Below are positions 53,794-64,000 of a stretch of DNA of 64,000 nt, one piece after another. This DNA is from Auanema rhodensis. Lineage: Eukaryota; Animalia; Nematoda. The DNA lies in contig OZ059894.1 of assembly GCA_964057225.1 (NCBI GenBank), forward strand, positions 6,944,001 to 7,008,000, in the 5' to 3' direction. Both the position numbers and the translations under genes were made by a program. The number at the start of each line of letters is the position of its first letter. Positions within the stretch are counted from its first letter, which is position 1. The notes beneath the pieces were generated by a model. The model saw only the letters and a program-made list of their open reading frames with translations, was not told the DNA's origin and did not search any database.

Positions 53794-54686
53794 GAACAGT
53801 ATTTCTGTTTTTTATTTTCAATTTCTAGTTTTCTTGAATTTACAAATATCACAGCTTTTCCCTGCTATCCATGACGATTTGACAGTTCGAGTGTGAGACG
53901 AACAGAGAATAAGCGGAAATTGAATGAAGAAAAGACTTTAAATAGTTGAAACTGGCTTATTGCTTGGGTTTCTTCTTGTCAGTTGCTCCGCAGCTTGTTC
54001 ATGCGCATATTTGGTCATTGTTTTCCATTTTATCTGTTTGTCTATCTGCTCACTGTCAAGTTCAACGACAACAGAATGCAAAGCGAATGACGATGAGCTT
54101 TCCTCGAAGTTTTTAAGGTTTCAGACAACGGCGAGGTATCATTTTAGAAACGGAAAAAGCTTGAAACGAAAGCAGAGAGAGAGAGAGAGAAATGAATGAT
54201 TCGGCAACATGACCACATCTACGCTTTCACCAGTTCTCTCTCACATGCAGTCGCTATCTATTTCTTTTATTTTTTTGTTCGAATTTGCTCTGTTTTGAAC
54301 TGAAGAAAAAGAGAATACAGTCTTCAATCCTCTTCTCGAACCATTTCTTTTTTGCTGCCTTCTATGGAAGTTTGAAATAGATACGGCTTCGCAAAACTCT
54401 ATTCTTCTTCTGTTGTCTGATTATTGAATTTTTTTTTATTTTTAAGATTTACTAGCTAGCATACACTACCAAGCCCATGTAGCTCACAATGTTCCGCAGA
54501 CTAGTATAGTTGAGGGATTATAATACCATTTCGATACCATTTCGACATCTCAGCTGTTTTAAACAAATTTTCATTCTCGGAAGTCAGTGAATCACCTCAT
54601 TTACAATACTTTTTTGAAAAAAAAGTGAGAAGTAAATGAATATTTGAAGCTCTAAAAAGTGCTTATCTTCAATATTTTTTATAAAT
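53794..54686 (+). repeat. Left inverted-repeat arm (893 bp)
   Basis: Starts GAACAGTATTTCTG and ends AATATTTTTTATAAAT. Confidence 0.95.
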
Positions 54687-54985
54687 AAATGCAATTTCTT
54701 TTTTTTTTCAATGTTTAGGTGTGACCACTTTCTCTTATGTGACCTTCTTTTCTCATCTCACTGTGACTGAGCACAATCACATTTGCTCCAGTTGAACTAG
54801 GCGCATGCGAGGCGACACGCAACGCTTTGGGCTAGAGAGAAAGCTTGAAACGAAAAGCTCCCCTCTCCTCTTTTCTCTTTTTCTTTTGTAGAAATGAGCA
54901 CTCAAACATTAATTCATTCGAGGTTAGATTCAGAATGATCATTTATAGGTTGTGAAAATTTGGGTAACAAAATTTTTCATACATA

Positions 54986-55135
54986 TTGCGTCAGCTTTTC
55001 ACGTGTCATAAAGATGTCATCAGCTTTCTTCAAGAGAGAGGGATTCCCCCAATATCAAAACTTTGTTCTGATTGTGGTATGGAACTGAAATTATCAGTAC
55101 CAAAGGAGCGATTTCGTTGCTCCAAGAAATATTGG
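54986..55135 (+). pseudogene. N-terminal zinc-ribbon fragment of a Merlin/IS1595(ISXO2)-like transposase
   Basis: LRQLFTCHKDVISFLQERGIPPISKLCSDCGMELKLSVPKERFRCSKK fits the FL.E.G.....C..C...M.L......RC.K pattern; no DDE domain follows. Confidence 0.55.
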
Positions 55136-55191
55136 CTGCTTGTGTTTCAATTTTTTTCTGTTTTCTATCTATTTTTGGTCTCTGAATAAAT

Positions 55192-55390
55192 CGAGTAATA
55201 AAGTTTATCTTGATTTTTGGAATAACAAACCCAATGAGTACCTTGACCATCTGAAGAGTCTAAATTTATAATACCAGTTTCTTTTGGTAGTATCTTATCT
55301 GGCAAAGTGTCTCTCATGAAGATGCCTCGGAAATTCTTGATTTCTAATGTGTCTACTAATTCTAAGAGTTCGAAATTTGTTAGCGCAGCA
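55192..55390 (-). pseudogene. Truncated adenain-type cysteine protease of Maverick/Polinton (adintovirus) origin
   Basis: LTNFELLELVDTLEIKNFRGIFMRDTLPDKILPKETGIINLDSSDGQGTHWVCYSK...LYYS has the F.G.F.RD.LP and NLD....GTHWV (catalytic His) motifs and breaks off where YFDSFG would follow. Confidence 0.85.
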
Positions 55391-55464
55391 AGGTATTTTG
55401 AAAATTTCATTGATTAATTTTTTTAAAAAATGAAATGGACATCTCAACAAAAAATTGATCAAAA

Positions 55465-56357
55465 ATTTATAAAAAATATTGAAGATAAGCACTTTTTAGA
55501 GCTTCAAATATTCATTTACTTCTCACTTTTTTTTCAAAAAAGTATTGTAAATGAGGTGATTCACTGACTTCCGAGAATGAAAATTTGTTTAAAACAGCTG
55601 AGATGTCGAAATGGTATCGAAATGGTATTATAATCCCTCAACTATACTAGTCTGCGGAACATTGTGAGCTACATGGGCTTGGTAGTGTATGCTAGCTAGT
55701 AAATCTTAAAAATAAAAAAAAATTCAATAATCAGACAACAGAAGAAGAATAGAGTTTTGCGAAGCCGTATCTATTTCAAACTTCCATAGAAGGCAGCAAA
55801 AAAGAAATGGTTCGAGAAGAGGATTGAAGACTGTATTCTCTTTTTCTTCAGTTCAAAACAGAGCAAATTCGAACAAAAAAATAAAAGAAATAGATAGCGA
55901 CTGCATGTGAGAGAGAACTGGTGAAAGCGTAGATGTGGTCATGTTGCCGAATCATTCATTTCTCTCTCTCTCTCTCTGCTTTCGTTTCAAGCTTTTTCCG
56001 TTTCTAAAATGATACCTCGCCGTTGTCTGAAACCTTAAAAACTTCGAGGAAAGCTCATCGTCATTCGCTTTGCATTCTGTTGTCGTTGAACTTGACAGTG
56101 AGCAGATAGACAAACAGATAAAATGGAAAACAATGACCAAATATGCGCATGAACAAGCTGCGGAGCAACTGACAAGAAGAAACCCAAGCAATAAGCCAGT
56201 TTCAACTATTTAAAGTCTTTTCTTCATTCAATTTCCGCTTATTCTCTGTTCGTCTCACACTCGAACTGTCAAATCGTCATGGATAGCAGGGAAAAGCTGT
56301 GATATTTGTAAATTCAAGAAAACTAGAAATTGAAAATAAAAAACAGAAATACTGTTC
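55465..56357 (-). repeat. Right inverted-repeat arm (893 bp)
   Basis: Starts ATTTATAAAAAATATT and ends CAGAAATACTGTTC; reverse complement of the left arm. Confidence 0.95.
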
Positions 56358-56788
56358 TATGATCTCATGCTTTTTGAAATATATTTTTTCTCTTCAGCCC
56401 ATAATTTCCTGGTTTTTCAGTGTAATGCTCTTCCATTTTAGTAGAATTCTATATATCTTCTATACTAAATCTCAGCTTTCTTTATCAATGTTATTCAAAA
56501 TTGCATGAATGTTTAAGCATTGTGTTCATATAATCTCATTAGATTTGAAAAATGTAATGTATATCCAAATTGCAGCTAATTATATTGCCATTTACTATAT
56601 GCAAATTGCAGTTTAATAGCTTACATTTGATTATTATGAGAGACAAATGATAACATAATTTGATAAGATGTATTATCTCTTTAATCAACTATTATTCCAT
56701 ATATGCATACATGTATATAACTTGAATAATCAGCCATAAAATGAGAATTAGAATCTTTAAATCGTAGGTAGTAATAGAGAGCGAGAGT

Positions 56789-56790
<2 letters not shown>

Positions 56791-56831
<41 letters not shown>
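56791..56831. repeat. (GA)n microsatellite
   Basis: About 20 GA units. Confidence 0.95.
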
Positions 56832-56833
<2 letters not shown>

Positions 56834-59800
56834 CGGGAAGATGAGAAGGAATAGTGAGTTGGTCTTAGCATCATGCCTTTCGGCTATTCAGCTTTTACTG
56901 ATGTCCTTGTATATCTGCGTTAAGGGTGTATGTAAGTCTGATTATCAGGGGAATATTTAGATGTTATGAATCAAATAATTCTCATATAACTATTAATTTT
57001 GAATATTCAAGCTTTAGATTTTATCATTTTCTTGCATAGCCTCTAAATCAAGTTGTTCCAAGCTATTTCACATCTGTGGCTTGAAATTCGTTTCTATTCA
57101 TCCATGCTTATCGCTGCAAGAACCTCCTTCTACATCTTTTACTTTCCTACATATATATTTTCTTTTTTCGTTCTCAGATTTGTTTATTGTTCCTCTCTTT
57201 TCCACTTACTTTCGTCTACATTGTCTTTACAAATAGTTTTGAATTTTTCATTAATGTCTCTTCTTGTGAAAACGATTTTAACTGTTTCATACGCCACATT
57301 TCTGACTTTCAGTCCACTTCATATACATATATCTTCTCAACCAAATGTTTCATTTGGGCTTTTTTGTCGTCTTGACCATATCGTTTTGTATTGAAAAGAT
57401 CGACAATCGCATCGTCCGTTCTTCGACCTCTTCATTCTCAAGAGACAGCATTCTATGTGTTGTTTCAATTATTCTGCTTTATCTCAAGTCGTTTTCGATT
57501 TTTCCTTATTCAATATCAGACTTACAAACAAATTCTTCAAACTTTTCTATATTCACCCATTTCATCAAACACAAAAACATATAGCATATCTATTCGCAAT
57601 GTTCATCCATATTTGTTGCAACTTGTCTCCAACTTTCATTGTCATCACACGTCTTTATAGGCTTATATGTTTAGCAAACTTTCTTCAAAAGAACATATAG
57701 TGCTGTTTGTAAAAGCAAATAATAGCATAATATCATTGAATTACGTTTTCTAAAACAGCAAATTACTGCTTTTTAGTTTTGTCTGAGTTTTTTAAAACTT
57801 TTTTTTTTCTCACCAACTTGATTGTTTCCTATCACACACTCTTGTTCTCATAATTACCCGTTACGCACTAGTCTGCTATTATACGGACTGGTATACGCAT
57901 TCTAGATCTTTTGCACTTGTTCTATCAACAGGTAAGAACATATATGTTGTATAGTCAAGTGAAATATCACGTGACGTCTACGTATATCAATGCTCAACGT
58001 TCATTTCTAACGTGAAGATCAGATTGAGCGGTTGGTTATATGTATTTCAATCAAAACACTTTTTATCATACAACCACTAAACTTACATACATCTCGGTTT
58101 TATATTCACAAAACATGTTGTTATTGAAAAAATTTTATTTTAATTTTCAACATTCCAATTATATCTCTTTTCTCTCTTCTTCTTTCCTTACTATACCCAT
58201 CGTTTTCTTCCTTTTCGTAGTATCATGTTCTTACTTATGTCGTTTCAAATTCACTTTATTTTATTTACAAAACGTTTTCTATGGATGTGTTAACCGAAGA
58301 AACTTTGTTTATTCTCCTGTTTTTATGTTTATTTAGAATTTGTATATACTTTTCGTTTTCTCAATATTCACTACTTAACGTGCTATCATGGCAATCAGGT
58401 TACTCTCACTAATCTTGATTTGCAGCTTTTATTTACCTTTTGCTTTGAAAAATATAAGAAAAACTAATGAATTTGAAAAAAAAACTTACTGCAAAACAGT
58501 TTATAAATCCTTCAGCTACTCTTAAACAGTTTAATTCTTGAATTTTGACATTGCTTCACATAGCCAAGTGAAAACGAAAGCCGAATGAACGGTCGATGTG
58601 ATTGTCGAAAAGGCTTTCCTGTAACAAAAAGCTGTGACAAACATTCTCCTTTTTTCGCCATTTTGCCTCTTTTGTCGTTTCCTAGATGTATATCTTCTTG
58701 TTGTGTCACTAATTATCTCACATCATCCATATACATGTACGCAGTGAGAGTCTAAGAGAAGGTCTTTCTTTCAGCTTGTCTTCCATATCTGACATCTGAA
58801 TCAGATGCCATTTTCCGTATTGCAGTTTCACTTTGTTTTCTATTTTCTCTTTCTTTTGCCATAGCTTATATGCTTGCATGCTTTGTTCAGTTATAGTGAT
58901 CGTTATAGTATTCAGTAGATATTCTTGAATCAAAAATGCAATTGTTTTGACAAAAAATTCTTCCTTATTACATACAGAATAGCAGCTTCAGTTGTATCGT
59001 ATCTTTACTATTTGAAAGTTATTTAAAGTTTTTTTTCAATTTTTCCAACTATTTACAATCTATTAGCTTCTAAAACTCTTTCTCTCTCTATTTCTCTCTA
59101 TTTGATCATTTGAATAATCTATTTTGTTCACCAGTAAGTAAGCACGTAGCTTATCCTATGAAATCTGGATCAATCCATTTTGCTTTTTCCATTAGGAGTA
59201 GATATGTGCACGAACCAGTTTTCATTTTGTTACTTTTCCTCATGAATTTCGGCACAAAAATCGGATAAAGCCACTCGTCGATCTGTGATTGGTATTTGTA
59301 AATGTGGGATCAATCTCACTTTTAAAGTCTCTCCAAAAATATTTCATGTTCATGCATGTGAGAGACAGAAAGTTCTTTCAGGCTTAACTCCATCATAGAT
59401 AGTATCTATATCGGAGAGATCTCAGAGATGGAAGAAGAATTGCCTGAAGGTGAACTGCTTGCTATAACCCCATGTCATACTGCCATTTTGTCGCAGCTTC
59501 AGTGGCAGTTGAAACTGTATGCTAAGCGGGCTGACGTCAACATAATCATTCTTTCGTTTTGATTTTTTCCGTTTTCCTTATACGAATCAGCAAACCGGCT
59601 TTCTGTGTCAAGCTGTTCTCGTTGTTCGTGCTGTTATATTGCTCTGTTTTTCCAGTCTATCCTCAAGATTATTGGAGGCCACTTCATTTTTTCCATTAAA
59701 GGTTTATATATGACCTTCGGCAGACTTTTTCCCATATAATTATAAAATATGACAAGTTGTCGTTTTTCCTACTCACTCAACTGCTACAACTAAATAAAAA

Positions 59801-62798
59801 AAGTGAGAGCCTCACACTGTTTCCGAAATCTGAATCATGTTTCCTACTCAATCATATGTTTTTAAGACAGATACTGCCTTGACAGGCGGTATATTTTTCC
59901 TATAAGAGACCCTGACCACAATATTCGTTCTGGCTATGTCTAGCCATGTTACTATCCCCGAGGCCATCTACTGAGGAGGAAGCCGACAGAAAGATCTTCT
60001 AATACAGCTTTTCGCCTTTCTCATATCGCTTTTCCATATCCAGTTTTAAATGGCTAAGGTTCAATCTTTAGTTTAAACCACTTTTAAATTCAAAAATAAC
60101 AATAAACATGTGTATTTTGAGATTGAAAAGGTTATTATACACATGACTCAGCCTTCACAGCATTTTTTGGAACACTTAGTCATTGAGTTCAGTGCTTGAA
60201 ACAACCATTCTGTCCTTCTACTGTCTATCAAATGAACTTGAAAACCGCCGATTTGTCCTCATTCAAAATCATAAATGAATTCATTCTCACGTCTTTACGT
60301 GAGAATCTTCACGTGTATATGTCTGACCTTCAATTGGATCTCCTATATGCCACTTCATAATGTGCTTAAAACTGTTTATATACATTTTATTATTTGCTTT
60401 ATATGGTAATTTGAGTATAATATACCCTAGAGCAAGAATTTTGGCATCTGCTTAAGAACGAAGTAGCGAAATGAGGATGAGGATCATTTGAAAGGATATG
60501 AGGACACAGCGATGTTCCATCTTCTTCTTTTATGGATACATAAGATCATATCGACTAGCTAGTAAACGCAAAGACTCCTCCGTCATTGCGAGATAAGCTT
60601 CTCAACCTCTTCATCTGTTCCTTATTCTTCTTTTCGTCGTTTTTGAATTGTGTTGATAATCGTCGTCAAAGAAATTGAGAAGAAAAAGATCTTTTTTTTT
60701 CATTTCGAATAGTATTTGTTTGAACGTTTTCCCTTCATTTTGAACAACGGGATTCTGAATGTGTTGCTTGAACTACATATTCAATGATCATTCTTTTGGC
60801 ATCAAAAATATAGACATATAACCATATTTATCCATGAATACATTGACATATTATTGTATTTTCTGTATCAATATCGTCATTTCGATCCTCTTTTTTACTT
60901 TGTTCTTCTTCTTTTTTTTTCTTTCGGCTATTTGCCTTTCTGTCTGCCTGTCCATGCACTTTAACTAGAAAATGGACGATAAACAAGTGATGCTAGAGTC
61001 AAGACACCTAGTTATAACTTGTCAATCTGATGATTGCAATGGCAGATTTTCTGGTTACATGCTTGCTAGCTAGTATCTCTTCCATATACTCAGCTGTTAT
61101 ACCAGCTTTTTATTCTATTCTCTCTTTTATCAACCTGATTCATTCATTATTTAGCAGTGGAGGAAGACTCTTTGTAGGATAGATAGACGGCTAAACGCTT
61201 AAGTAAAGAAGACACAGAAAATAATAGAAAGATAGAGATGAGGAGGGAGAAAGATGAATTAAGAGAGAGATAAAGAACGAGGAAGAGAAGGTTAGCTGAC
61301 GTGGTTAGAACCAGATTCTGCTTCATATGACACATGACTGAAGCCCGTCCTGGCCTGACACTAGCATAACTACTACATAGCATCACAGCAAGGGAGTGGA
61401 TGAAAGAAAGAAAAAGAGACGAGTGATAGGTTCCTGTGCAGTTCCTGTGAAATACACAGAGACTGACAATGCGAGGGAAAGAGAGATGCCTATGAATAGT
61501 AATAATGAGAGGTAGTTGTGAGAGGGATAGACAGTTAGAGAAGGAGACAGATAGCGACTATGAGGTATACTAGACAGATAACAATCTCATATCCAGATTT
61601 TATGCGATTCTAGATTATTATGCAATACCTATTATAACATAGTTAAATGTGAAATACAACTATCTCTCAACTTATTGCCAGAACATCTGCATAGATTAGG
61701 TAAAAGATAACCACTATGCTACGCTATTCTCTCTCTCTATATATACATTACATGTCAAAATAATGTTAAATATGAAAGAAATTGCTAAATTGCTTATGTG
61801 AAAACTTGTCCATGTACAAGGTTCATCATATTTTCCAGAAATATGCATTATCTCATCAATTTCTATTTGCCTCTTATCATCTTTCAATCCGTTTCTGTAT
61901 TTCTCGATATCTCTCTAAATCATATTCCATATAAGCCATTGCCCCCATCACTGCCAACTTACGATCTTTTTCTCTCCTTGGTTCTCTGAAATTCTCTCTC
62001 TTTATCATCATCTCACTTTCTTTTCTTTTAAGTCTTTCTTCTCCTTCTTCTCTTTACTTCTCCTTTTCTTATACCCCTCCCCCCACCATCTACCTCAAGG
62101 ATATTGAAGAGGTGAAAAAGAGAGAATGATTTCACTAATAGATAATATCATTAAATGTGAATGTTGATAGACACAGAGGGCTAAGCGAGCTGACATTGAA
62201 AATTCGAGTTAAGGCTTGAAAGATGATAATCGTTAACAACATCATACTATCTCGGATTCTCTTCTCCTTCAGAATATCTAATGTCGATCATTTTAAACAA
62301 TCGTCTTGTACTTTCATATTGTTTTTATTCTCTTGTCAAACTTTCTTCAAGTACGTTATTGACTATGAGAATGTTCCAGTGCGTCTTTAGCATTGAATCA
62401 CAATCCTTGTCTTCTAATAAGTAAACTAAAGACTTTAACCTTTTTTAATGATTATGAGCATCTTCTTCATCTAATTAACTTATTAAGATGATATGTGAAA
62501 CCGTAAGTTCTGCCATTCATATCATTATTGAATAAACTTTTTCTTTTCTATTCGTTTTGCTTCCTTTCCTATTAGATATAAGCCAGTTTATTGAAGAAAA
62601 AGAAATCAATCGAGTTCACCGTTGACGATGTGATTCTTCTTTGTATATGCCTTTTCATCCTGTTAACATATCTGGCTTTTGAATGTTAAAAATTCTGTCT
62701 TTATGTGTTTTTAGTTGCAAATTGTTTAGTGATTGTTAAGGATTTTTTCATTTTCTAGGCCAAATCCTTGTAACTATAACTAACTTCTATGTTCCTAC

Positions 62799-62807
62799 TC
62801 TCTCTCG

Positions 62808-62858
<51 letters not shown>
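62799..62858. repeat. (TC)n microsatellite
   Basis: Long TC run. Confidence 0.95.
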
Positions 62859-62860
<2 letters not shown>

Positions 62861-63059
62861 AATTTTCTTTTTTCTCTCTAACGTAACTCTCTCTTTTCTT
62901 ATTTCATATTTGTATGTATTATATATTTTATTATTTTTATAATCATAAATTTATAATTCGAATTGATTCTGCCAAGCCAGTTGGTTGAACCTGATCATGA
63001 TGGCTGAATAAAAAACAGAAATTTGAACAATAAAAACAAAAAATCGTAATATGAAATTA

Positions 63060-63290
63060 AAAACTTTCCGTTTAGATACTTGGTCTTCAGACTCTCAAGA
63101 TCTGCCCTCGACATTTTTTGATTTTCGATTGTTTTGTTTCCAATATTGGAAAGTCTACTCTCTTTAGAAATAATTATTTGGACTTTGGCCATTTAGATTA
63201 TCAAGTTTTTGGTTTTTTCGCTTAAAGTTATCTTATATATAGTTGGTCTTGATAAAGCTTAGACGCATTTTATTACTTTTCTCTTCTATT
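63060..63290 (-). pseudogene. Decayed Tc1/mariner-superfamily transposase C-terminal fragment
   Basis: With stops and frameshifts: LYQDQ...AKKPKT...KWPKS...VDFPILETKQSKI...ADLESLKTK, resembling FQQD.AP.H.AKKTQ...WP..SPDLNPLDF.IW..LESK....LESLK. Confidence 0.4.
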
Positions 63291-64000
63291 AGGTAATATC
63301 AAATAAAGCAGCATATTTGCTTTTTAAATTTCTTTTCTTTCAAATCTAAGCCACATTACTTTTGTTTATAAAAATTCAGAAAATCAAAGTTTGGGAAAAT
63401 ATTTGGAGTCATTATATGAAGAGATAGTGCCAGTTTTCTTCTATTTTTGTAGAAACATTGAACATTTTCTAGCACTTTGCCTTTTAAATTCTATATTTTT
63501 TCATCTATTTTTGATATTTTCTTTGAATTTCTGTAATTGACCTTAGGTACAATTTGCATAATGCTACGTGAAAATGTCTAAAATGATCGGTTGAAGTACG
63601 ACCATTCTCGTAGTATAAAGACACAGTTATTCTTCTCTGTAACCTTCTTTACTTCCCTGTTTTCTCTCTTTTCTTTTTTTCTCTTCTCTCTCTTCCTCTC
63701 TCTTCTCTTCTCGATTCCACTCGTTATACACTATCTGCTTACCTGTTTTAGTCTTTACCAAACCTAGTATTTCTAGAGATTTTCGTAATACTAGTAGTAG
63801 TCGCAAGTTGATGCATAGGAAAACCTCATAGGATTTTCATCGACGTATTTCAGAATAAATGAAGTCTATTGGAGACCTTCCGTTTATTATATATTTGTTT
63901 ATAATCAACATAGTAAACCAGTCCCAGTTATATTGCTGTCGATTAGCTTTTCGTCATTGCCATTCTCTTTTTCCCTTTTCTCTCTTATATCCTTCAATCT

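Larger units (their letters stand above)
53794..56357. mobile_element. Non-autonomous foldback-type element: 893-bp inverted arms around a 778-bp cargo spacer
   Basis: 53794-54686 is the reverse complement of 55465-56357, including the (GA)n tract. The ORF track shows identical 79-aa ORFs at mirror positions (53960+ and 56191-), each 166 bp from its outer end. Confidence 0.85.

Noticed and set aside
53960-54199. 79-aa ORF and its mirror copy at 55952-56191
   Set aside because: TTG start, runs into a (GA)n tract, no homology recognised; the duplication only reflects the inverted arms.
53794-56357. Intact Maverick/Polinton
   Set aside because: Only 2.6 kb, with no polymerase, integrase, ATPase or capsid, no AG-rich termini and no 6-bp TSD.
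57830-57937. Possible + strand 5' non-coding exon ending CAG|GTAAGA
   Set aside because: Only a donor-like site; no partner exon found within the window.
62094-62101. let-7-like seed (TGAGGTAG on minus strand near 62091-62098; TGAGGTAT at 61561)
   Set aside because: No precursor hairpin and no similarity beyond the seed.
1-64000. CRISPR arrays, rRNA or tRNA genes
   Set aside because: Eukaryotic intron-rich DNA; no repeat-spacer array, cloverleaf or rRNA-like segment was recognised by eye.

Overview
AT-rich nematode (rhabditid-like) genomic DNA with many 35-60 nt introns and TTTCAG-type acceptors, so the ORF track shows only exon fragments; genes below were assembled by hand across splice sites. 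Gene order: transthyretin-like (ttr) gene (-), Str/Srj-type chemoreceptor (-), two more ttr genes (+), zip-10-like bZIP (+), skp-1/SNW1 (-) and bir-1/survivin (-) in an operon-like arrangement, a putative solo LTR, sipa-1 RapGAP-PDZ (+), a Kunitz/cysteine-rich secreted protein (+), POMP/UMP1 and MED6 (+, operon-like), a DAN/gremlin cystine-knot gene (+), aftiphilin-like (-), IL-17-like (-), a UBF-like HMG-box gene (+) and a ground-like (grl) gene (-). The last ~11 kb has no recognisable host gene. The most unusual structure is at 53794-56357: two apparently identical 893-bp inverted arms around a 778-bp spacer. The spacer holds, tail to tail, a truncated Maverick/Polinton (adenain-type) cysteine protease and a Merlin/IS1595-like transposase zinc-ribbon fragment. 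All protein identifications come from recalled motifs, not from database searches.
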